Virus record (IMG/VR): IMGVR_UViG_3300032103_000073
From: a virus
Taxonomy: Duplodnaviria; Heunggongvirae; Uroviricota; Caudoviricetes
Reading direction: 5' to 3' (one strand)
DNA: 51,360 nt
The notes under the pieces are model-generated. The model ran no database searches and was not told the origin of the DNA. It was given only the letters and a program-made list of their open reading frames with translations. Positions 9,164-16,999 of the stretch are shown piece after piece; within the stretch, counting starts at the first letter, position 1, and every line of letters starts with the position of its first letter. Both the position numbers and the translations under genes were made by a program.

Positions 9164-9167
9164 TAAA

Positions 9168-9283
9168 AACAACCTACCTTAGGTTCCGTTGTCGCTAACG
9201 GTTATCTGCGTAAGCAGAAGGCGTCAAACAGGCGGCTGCTGCCTGGACTAGCATTACGCCAGATGCTACTTAAAGTGAGCTTT
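9168..9283 (+). ncRNA. candidate structured ncRNA (unknown family)
   Basis: Five consecutive hairpins including a GTAA tetraloop, possible pseudoknots, directly downstream of TAAATA at 9157. Confidence 0.55.
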
Positions 9284-9297
9284 AAATATTTTATACC

Positions 9298-9717
9298 ATG
9301 AAGATCAATGATATAATCACCGAAGCCACTTATGGTATAGATACCAGATATTCTGCTGAAGATTTAAATTTACTGTTCCAAGCTGCAAATGATATATCAA
9401 GAGTCGCTTTAAAAAATCTAGGCATAACAATACAAATAACTAGCCATTTTAAAGACCAAATACAACAAAAGAGAAATCGCGGACCTGAACTTTTACCAAA
9501 AATAACTCCCGTAGAACTAATAGATGCGTTTTCTCGTATTCTTAATCGTGGTCTAAAGTTTTTTAAAAACAAAGATGAAGGCACTAACTATGTTTTCTTC
9601 GACCAACAAACACTGTTAAATATCCCTTTAATTAAAAAGGCTGAGACTAGATATGCTGTTCCTACTATTTTAAAATCTAGAAAATACTACGGCCGGGATC
9701 AAAAAATTACCTTATGA
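9298..9717 (+). CDS. hypothetical protein with capsid-targeting-like leader
   Basis: MKINDIITEA start; TAAATA at 9283. Confidence 0.65.
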   Translation: MKINDIITEATYGIDTRYSAEDLNLLFQAANDISRVALKNLGITIQITSHFKDQIQQKRNRGPELLPKITPVELIDAFSRILNRGLKFFKNKDEGTNYVFFDQQTLLNIPLIKKAETRYAVPTILKSRKYYGRDQKITL

Positions 9718-10250
9718 AAACTGTTATCCTAGTAGCACTACCAGAAGAGTTAGATGCCAAGTTAGTCGATTGCCCTGTAGTTTATACCGGAGTTGGACTT
9801 AGTAACGCTGCTATGATGACCTACGATGCTATCATCGAACATAGCCCAGATCGTATTATTAACTACGGATCAGCCGGTGCCCTTAAACAACATACAGGCC
9901 TGTTAAGCATTGCCGCAGTTTGCCAGCGTGATGCAGATTGCAGCCCATTGCGAGAGCGTGGATTTATGCTAGGTGAAAACATACTTTACTATCAAAGCGG
10001 CAACACAGGCATTCGCTGCGGCAGTGGCAATAACTTTGTTACCAATCCGGACCAATGGACCCAAGATCACTGCGACATAGTAGACATGGAACTTTGGGCT
10101 ATTGCTAAGGTATGCGATTTACACAAAATCCCATGGACCAGCATGAAATGGATCAGCGACAATGCTGACGGCGAAGCAGGCACAACCTGGGAATCAGCAT
10201 TAAAGGCTGGTGAAACTGCGTTTGTCAAGTGGCTAAACAACCAAAAATAA
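9714..10250 (+). CDS. mtnN: MTA/SAH nucleosidase (PNP/UDP phosphorylase family)
   Basis: TGVG..NAA, INYGSAG, VDMEL.AIAKVC and KWISDNAD motifs. Confidence 0.8.
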   Translation: MKTVILVALPEELDAKLVDCPVVYTGVGLSNAAMMTYDAIIEHSPDRIINYGSAGALKQHTGLLSIAAVCQRDADCSPLRERGFMLGENILYYQSGNTGIRCGSGNNFVTNPDQWTQDHCDIVDMELWAIAKVCDLHKIPWTSMKWISDNADGEAGTTWESALKAGETAFVKWLNNQK

Positions 10251-10299
10251 TCGTTGATCTATTTTGGTAAAGATCATAAAATACAAAACTATTCGCTTG

Positions 10300-10750
10300 T
10301 TTGATTAGTGTAGGCTAATCCCCATTGAGATTGTACAGGTTGTGCTGTGCCGTCGGAGTCTTGGGTCGAATACGTAAGGGATTAACGAAAGATCCTAAAA
10401 GATGCGGCAATGTGAAAAAGATACAACCGCAAGCTGGTATAGTTTCGCTGTATGGGACTATACTGCTACCGCTGACAGTCAAATCTTAAGTAAGGGGTAC
10501 AGGTCAACCGCCTCTGTTATCAGCCTCATGTTGATAAATCTTATTAATACAGTGTGAAAGCAGAACTCACGAAATGTTTTTACTTTTTGCCGGTTAACGG
10601 CAAATTGTGACCGAATCTACGAAATATTAAGCACTGTTAATACCAAAGTTTCCAGCATATAAAAGAATAGAAATTTTAAGCCGAATACGAAGTATGAAGG
10701 CTTAAATGTGCGTGAGCACATAAAATACCGCTAGTACAAATGCCTAGCTA
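10300..10750 (+). ncRNA. candidate large structured ncRNA (alternatively a replication origin)
   Basis: 544-bp gap with no ORF >=60 aa, packed with hairpins (e.g. 10303-10320, 10437-10463, 10517-10537, 10586-10604, 10675-10706, 10706-10721). Confidence 0.55.
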
Positions 10751-10794
10751 TGACTGGACTTTTTAATAAATAAAAGAAACAAATTGGAGTTCTC

Positions 10795-11538
10795 ATGATT
10801 TTATTAGAGGGTGGAAATGTATTTGATACCGCTGTACCTTTTGACCATAAAGATGTCCCTGCTATACTAAAAACAGTTAATGCGGCATTACAAGGCACTG
10901 GAATTACAGTTATTCCTGTTGGTAGTGCAGCTAGTCCAACACCCGGTAAACAAAGCGGCGATATGGATGTATTAGCCGATGAAGCAGCAGTTATGAGTTA
11001 TTTTAACGCTAAAGATGCCAAAACGGCACGTAAGGCATTAAACGATTACATAGCCGGAAAAGGTCTAGCTACAGCACAAACAGGTATTAACGTTCACGTA
11101 AATGTTCCGGTTGGTACAGAATATCACCAAGTTGATATTATGGTCACTGCTAATGCAGACAGGATCGCTAAATTCCATACACATAGTATTCCAAAAGGTA
11201 GTCCTTACAAAGGCGTAAACAAACAATTACTCATGGCTTTTCTAGCCAAAGACAAAGGCTATATGTGGAGTGCATGGCAAGGCTTATTCAGCAGAACTCC
11301 TGAAGGTAAAAAAGGTGAATTTGTTACTGACGACTTATCTAAGATTGCAGAGATTTTAACCGGGCGTGCTGATGCTACAGTATTAGGTAGCGTGGAAAGT
11401 ATCTTAGCTGCATTACCGCAGCAACAGGCGGCTGAACTATTAGCTCGCGGTCGGGCTGATCCTAATTGGAAAGAAGTTAAACAAGAAAGCCGAGTTGGTA
11501 CTAACGAATGGTTCCGTAATATGTTAAACAGACTATGA
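10795..11538 (+). CDS. Pol-beta-superfamily nucleotidyltransferase-like protein
   Basis: VGSA...SGDMDVL...QVDIM catalytic pattern; MILLEGG leader; TAAATA at 10767 and GGAG RBS. Confidence 0.65.
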   Translation: MILLEGGNVFDTAVPFDHKDVPAILKTVNAALQGTGITVIPVGSAASPTPGKQSGDMDVLADEAAVMSYFNAKDAKTARKALNDYIAGKGLATAQTGINVHVNVPVGTEYHQVDIMVTANADRIAKFHTHSIPKGSPYKGVNKQLLMAFLAKDKGYMWSAWQGLFSRTPEGKKGEFVTDDLSKIAEILTGRADATVLGSVESILAALPQQQAAELLARGRADPNWKEVKQESRVGTNEWFRNMLNRL

Positions 11539-12404
11539 AAATAAACGAATTCCAATTAGACGAAATAGAACGCTTAAGCCCTAGTGGCTTTTCGGGCGGC
11601 AAGTCATATTTAGACAGCTACGGTAGAGAAAAAACTGTTCGTAAACTACCAGGTGGTAGCGGTTTGTTATATTCTATAACAAAACAAGGCAGTGAGTTTA
11701 TTGTTAAACTTTGGGATAAGGCTAGCAAGGGAGAATATAAAGAACCTCCAATGAACCCCGAACGTCCTAGTTATTATACTAGACGTGAATGGGCCAGTCG
11801 ATTAGAATATATAAAACAAAGAAACGCTAGACGAAAAGCAGAATTTGATAACGCACCGGGCAAACTGGTAGGACAACTTACATTGAACAATGTTGGTCCT
11901 TATTTCCCACTTAACGGTGCAGTCCAAGTCGGAACAATCACCGTTGATGAAGACTATCGTGGCGTGGGTTTAGCCAAAGCGTTATATGGTATTGTCTTAA
12001 CTATTATGAAGCGTCCGCTACTGGCTGGCTCTAGTCAAACACCTGGTGGCCGTAGAAACTGGCTGAGCTTGAGTCAGATCCCTGGTGTTGAAATGAAGGG
12101 CTATTTCAAGGTTGATAACTGGGACTTAGAAACTGATGATCCTGCTGATGCAAGCAGAGCAAGTGATAAAAGGTATATTGCTAGCAAAAACAAAGCTGCT
12201 GAAAAACGAATAGATACAATTATGGGTAAGCTAGGTGGGCAATATATCGGCAAAGGTCGCGAAGGCTATCACTACTTTGCCTTTGATGTGCAACCTAACA
12301 CTACTAAGCAAGAACTACAGGCCTACGTAGATACAAACCTAAACAAGGTATACGGCAACTATAATTCCGATACGGGATTGTATGCAGTTTGGACAGGACA
12401 ATGA
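11535..12404 (+). CDS. GNAT-family acetyltransferase-like protein
   Basis: Acetyl-CoA motif A: ITVDEDYRGVGLAKALY; MKINEF leader. Confidence 0.65.
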   Translation: MKINEFQLDEIERLSPSGFSGGKSYLDSYGREKTVRKLPGGSGLLYSITKQGSEFIVKLWDKASKGEYKEPPMNPERPSYYTRREWASRLEYIKQRNARRKAEFDNAPGKLVGQLTLNNVGPYFPLNGAVQVGTITVDEDYRGVGLAKALYGIVLTIMKRPLLAGSSQTPGGRRNWLSLSQIPGVEMKGYFKVDNWDLETDDPADASRASDKRYIASKNKAAEKRIDTIMGKLGGQYIGKGREGYHYFAFDVQPNTTKQELQAYVDTNLNKVYGNYNSDTGLYAVWTGQ

Positions 12405-12943
12405 AAATAAACGAACTGGTCTTATCAAAAAATGCATGGGAGTTGTTAATCTCCAACGCCGATAAAGAAGAAGTTGGAGATGATCTTATAAGTCTTGTTC
12501 AAACAGCGTATACTAACACATCTGATGGTAGTTTTATAAACAGTTTAAAAGATGTTATACCTAGCGATTGGAATGTAATCGACTGGGATCAAGATCCTGA
12601 TGTTGATGCCTGTGTATTTTATAGGGAAGCTCGTACTAACGAAGCATGGGTAGGATATAAGATACAAGGCATTGGACATGATGGCACTAGAACAAGTAAA
12701 GACAAAGCCATACAAAAGATACAAGCATTGCTAACTAAACCAGGTATATGGTTAGAGTCAAGTGATGCTATGCGAGCAGTATTAAAGAAACTTAATGTGC
12801 CTGCCGTAGAAGATGTTAGAATTTTACAAGCATTGTTTAACGATCCCTATTTGGAAATGTTTGACAATGACACTTATGATCGTAGACTGCCTACAGGTCG
12901 AGTCATAAGAGAAACAGTATTCGGAAACCCTAAACTAAAATGA
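12401..12943 (+). CDS. hypothetical protein with capsid-targeting-like leader
   Basis: MKINELV start; translationally coupled to its neighbours. Confidence 0.7.
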   Translation: MKINELVLSKNAWELLISNADKEEVGDDLISLVQTAYTNTSDGSFINSLKDVIPSDWNVIDWDQDPDVDACVFYREARTNEAWVGYKIQGIGHDGTRTSKDKAIQKIQALLTKPGIWLESSDAMRAVLKKLNVPAVEDVRILQALFNDPYLEMFDNDTYDRRLPTGRVIRETVFGNPKLK

Positions 12944-14514
12944 GATTACTAGAATTAAAAGAAACTTATATAAACCTAATCACTGAATTGAACGGTGTAA
13001 AAGACTACGGATTATTTTTAAGTTTGGCTGAAGCAGATTCAGCTAACAAGAAAATAGTAGAATCTTTAGATGAAAATTCTTTAGCACAATTAAAAAGTTT
13101 AGTTAAATTTAGTTCTAAACCTGTAGTCGGCGAAAGTTATAGAGCTGTATTGCTATTTTTCACAGGGGATAAATCAGTTAGACTAATTGGAAAAAAACAA
13201 TTTAGAAAATTAACTAAATTTGAGCAAGGAAATTTAACTTTCGATGATGGTGAAGTATTTCCTGATAAACGCATAACAGACTTGTCATACTCTAAAACAT
13301 TTTTATTTGACAATGAAGAGTCTTTTAAAAAATTTATGATGATGCTGTCATTAGGTTTTAATGTTAAAACTAATATAAGCGAAACATACTTAAAAGAAGC
13401 CGTAGATCCTAAACTAGGTCGAGCATTTAATCACTTAGAAGACCTAGTGTTTTTCTACGGCAGCAAAGGCACGATAGAAGCGCTAGAACACCTTAAGGAC
13501 ATGAACACAGAGCAAGGCAGCGGTAGTGTTCGTATGAAGTGGGACGGTAATCCTCAAATCTATTGGGGTAGAGAAAACGGGCAAATCATCCCGCCGCACG
13601 GGCATGCACAATGGGGTCGTGCTAACTTACCTGCAACCGGTAAAGATGTTGCAGATTATATCATGTCAACTGGTAAAGCATCTACTCCAGAAGAGATTGC
13701 AAGTCGACAAGAGTTTGCTAACAAGTTTGCTAGTTTAGCACCGTTGTTTGCCGCAGCAACACCCGACAAAGTAGAAGGCAACAGTACATATTATGTCTAT
13801 GCAGACGCTTTGTTCCTAAGCCCTCCAGAATTAAAAGATGGAGTGTATACGTTCTGCCCTAATCCTAAAAGCCAAACCTGTTATCACGTTCGTGCTGACA
13901 GTGAACTAGGCAAGCGTATAGCACAGGCAGAAGTTATGGTTGTTGGTCATGCTTATTTTACAGCACACGGACAAGCAGATTCTGCACAAATACCAATTAA
14001 AGACTTCAGTCATTTTAACACTAACCCTCGACTGATTGTCCTCGGTCCTATCTATAACGTAGCACCGGTTAAGGTCGATACATCAATGATAGATCAAGTC
14101 GAGAACCATATTAAACAACATAGCAAACAAGTAGATACATTCCTTGCAGGTGCTGCTGGTATGAGTGATTTAAAACAAGTTATCTACACGTATGTAAATC
14201 AAACGGCCAAGGCAAAACAGTTAGATAGTTTAAGCACTGAGCACTTTTTTGCTTGGGCAGCTACAAAAGTTTCTGCTCCAAAGCAAGAGAAAATAAAACA
14301 GTTAAATACAAGTAATAATGATGCATTGGCTGAAATATTTAAAATTGTAAGAGCAATACAAATGTTAAAAGACAACGTAATAGATCAAATCGAGTCGGGT
14401 CCTAAGGCAGATATTTGGGATACTAACGGAGAAGGTCGAGTGCGTTATGCGGATCAAAATAAACAATTCGGCAACGTCAAGTTCGTACCGAGAAAGCGTT
14501 GGACACCACAATGA
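12940..14514 (+). CDS. conserved phage protein (DUF6267-like, KxDG ligase-type motif) with an extra N-terminal module
   Basis: HLEDLVF...KWDGNPQIYWGR...EG-R-V...VKFVPR. Confidence 0.55.
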   Translation: MRLLELKETYINLITELNGVKDYGLFLSLAEADSANKKIVESLDENSLAQLKSLVKFSSKPVVGESYRAVLLFFTGDKSVRLIGKKQFRKLTKFEQGNLTFDDGEVFPDKRITDLSYSKTFLFDNEESFKKFMMMLSLGFNVKTNISETYLKEAVDPKLGRAFNHLEDLVFFYGSKGTIEALEHLKDMNTEQGSGSVRMKWDGNPQIYWGRENGQIIPPHGHAQWGRANLPATGKDVADYIMSTGKASTPEEIASRQEFANKFASLAPLFAAATPDKVEGNSTYYVYADALFLSPPELKDGVYTFCPNPKSQTCYHVRADSELGKRIAQAEVMVVGHAYFTAHGQADSAQIPIKDFSHFNTNPRLIVLGPIYNVAPVKVDTSMIDQVENHIKQHSKQVDTFLAGAAGMSDLKQVIYTYVNQTAKAKQLDSLSTEHFFAWAATKVSAPKQEKIKQLNTSNNDALAEIFKIVRAIQMLKDNVIDQIESGPKADIWDTNGEGRVRYADQNKQFGNVKFVPRKRWTPQ

Positions 14515-15332
14515 CAAATAAGTTTTATGTTTATCAGTATATTCACCCTGTGACACTACTTCCTTTTTATATCGGAAAAGGTACAAATAACAGGATGATG
14601 CATCATCTTAGAGAAACTTTTGATAATACAGAAAACAAGAAAAAATATGCAGTTATACAAGGGTTAAAAAATAAAGGTCTCTTGCCAATCGTAGAAAAAA
14701 TACAAGAAAATATAGATGAATCTGCGGCTTATGAGTTGGAAGAGACTTTAATAAAAAAATATGGGAGACGTGATTTAGACGAAAATGGTATTCTAACTAA
14801 CATATGCCAAAACAATAGACCGCCGAGCGCGAAAGGCAAACAGCGAATAGTTTCTCAAGAAGTTAAAGATAAACATGCTCGCCTAAATCAAGAACGTTGT
14901 TTGGGTAAATCTTATGAAGAAATATACGGTATTACTAGAGCTAAAGAAATTAAAGAAAAGTTGCCAAACGTAGTAGGAGAAAATAATCCTTTTTATGGAA
15001 AAACTCATTCTGCTAATACCAAGTCTATTATGTCTGAAAAAGCTAAAAGCAGAAAAGTTCCTAGTAGGCTGGGTATTCCTTTTACAGAAGAAGCTAAAAT
15101 ATTAATTGGTTTAAATAACCCTAATAGACGAGCAATACATACCCCATATGGAAAATTTACAAGTGCCGAAGAGTTTGTAAATAAAATAGGGTTAATTAGT
15201 TCTAATGGGTTGAGAAGAATTTTAAAAAATTGCGAAGATATAATTACGAAAAGACATGTCGTAAATAACAAATTACTTACAGAACAAGATATTGGTAAAT
15301 CTTTTAAAGATATAGGGTATTATTTTTTATGA
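14511..15332 (+). mobile_element. free-standing GIY-YIG-type homing endonuclease with NUMOD3 motif
   Basis: FYVYQY...PFYIGKG..NR, E..LIKKYGR...LTN; GENNPFYGKTHS. Confidence 0.85.
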
Positions 15333-16999
15333 AAATTAGACAAATATTAAAAGAAGCAGCGGGTGTTACGGCGGCATTTGCATACGGCAGATGGAATCCT
15401 TGTCACATGGGCCATATTGCAGTATGGAAAACTGTACAGAACGCTGGAGTAAAATGGTACATTGGTACAAACCCAAGCACATTAGGACCCAATGATCCTT
15501 TAACATTTGAACAAAAGTCTGCATGGATGGAAGCTATCTATCCTGCTATTGCCGGACATATTGCAGCAGAACAAAGCGTAGTCACGTTAGCAGCAAAAAT
15601 TTATAAAGACCTGGGCAATAAGGAAGATGCTACTATTGCCTATATCACAGACGAAACAGACTGGGCTTGGAGTGGTAAGTTATTAAATCAATACAACGGC
15701 GTAGAAGGTCGCCATGGCTATTACAAGTTTGCACAAATTGTTCACGTACCTAGTCCCCGCGTAAGCAGTGCAACAGCATTACGTGATGCAGCTCGTGCTG
15801 GAGATAAAGTTGCTTTCTATCATGCAAGTGGTACAGATCCTAAATTAAAAGTTGCAGGTAAAACTTATTTTGATACTGTAAAAGAAGCTTGTGAGAAATT
15901 TCCATTGCCTGTTAAGCGGGCAAAGAAAACTGAAAGTATAGAAGCAGGCCTACGTTGGAGTGATTTACCAGAATCAATTAGCGTTAATGGTAAGATTGCA
16001 ATTCTCGAAGAATTTTACATTAAGGGAAATTTAACAGAATCTAACAATGACAACACAATCGAATCGTTTAACAATTTATACCAAAACATACAACTTAAAA
16101 AAGGTAAGAGATATATTGTTGTTCCTTTAATGCTACTTAATAATCGAATCATATCGTTAGATTCTCCTGCACTAGCAACATTCGTAGAACAAAATAGTCA
16201 AGGTAGTAAATTTAAAGTTAAAGAAGCAGTTGTAAGTTATCCTCCTGCTTCTTTAACAGATAAATCTACAACAAACACTTTCGTCTTCGAAACATCATCT
16301 AGCTACAACGAATTTAGGACTATGTTAAAATTAAAGTTTAACACAGACTTACCTAGCGTATCTTTAGATGAGGCAAGTCTTGCCACTATGAGAGCTTATT
16401 TTGCAGGCGATAAAGATGCACAGGACGAAATGGAAATAACTAAACAAAGAAAACATTACGAAAACGAAAAACGTAAAGAATTCAGAAGTCCGTGGGAATA
16501 CGAACAATGGCTTAAAAAGTATAAGCAAACACTTATCGGTGGAAAAATTAAAGAAGATGATGAAACAGGCGAAATAGAACGTCAAGGTAATTTAATACCT
16601 TTCCCACAAGGAACTACTTTAGTTAAAGTAAGTGACGTTTATGACTGGTATAAACTAGGACAAGTTATAAGTGATTTAGATGATGCCGATCCTAAACTAT
16701 TCGGTCAAGGTGCACCTGAAACTATTTTAGCTTTTGGCAGCGAAGAAGAAGAACATAAGCTATTACCTTTATTGCAAAAGTTAGGTTTAAAGTTAAAAGA
16801 TGTTGACCAGCCAGTTAGTGAAGCATATAGAGCAACTGACTTATTTGAGTATCTACGTAAAATACACAAGCGTTGGGCTATAGTAAGTAAGCGAGAAGGA
16901 CGTCCTTTAGTTTATTTTAAAGGCGAAGGCAAGCCTAGTAAAGAATGGGTCAAGAAGCAAGAGCGTCGAATAGAATATTTTAAGCATAAGAAAAAATGA
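15329..16999 (+). CDS. HxGH cytidylyltransferase-like domain plus C-terminal modules
   Basis: YGRWNPCHMGH...NDPL...SSATALR; MKIRQILKEA leader. Confidence 0.7.
   Translation: MKIRQILKEAAGVTAAFAYGRWNPCHMGHIAVWKTVQNAGVKWYIGTNPSTLGPNDPLTFEQKSAWMEAIYPAIAGHIAAEQSVVTLAAKIYKDLGNKEDATIAYITDETDWAWSGKLLNQYNGVEGRHGYYKFAQIVHVPSPRVSSATALRDAARAGDKVAFYHASGTDPKLKVAGKTYFDTVKEACEKFPLPVKRAKKTESIEAGLRWSDLPESISVNGKIAILEEFYIKGNLTESNNDNTIESFNNLYQNIQLKKGKRYIVVPLMLLNNRIISLDSPALATFVEQNSQGSKFKVKEAVVSYPPASLTDKSTTNTFVFETSSSYNEFRTMLKLKFNTDLPSVSLDEASLATMRAYFAGDKDAQDEMEITKQRKHYENEKRKEFRSPWEYEQWLKKYKQTLIGGKIKEDDETGEIERQGNLIPFPQGTTLVKVSDVYDWYKLGQVISDLDDADPKLFGQGAPETILAFGSEEEEHKLLPLLQKLGLKLKDVDQPVSEAYRATDLFEYLRKIHKRWAIVSKREGRPLVYFKGEGKPSKEWVKKQERRIEYFKHKKK

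Noticed and set aside
10251-10794. tmRNA, RNase P, tRNA cluster or group I/II intron in the long intergenic region
   Set aside because: No recognisable termini, T-loop, P4/P7 or domain V signatures; the flanking genes are intact
14511-15332. GIY-YIG gene as part of a group I intron
   Set aside because: It overlaps both neighbours by ATGA coupling, leaving no room for an intron core; it is free-standing
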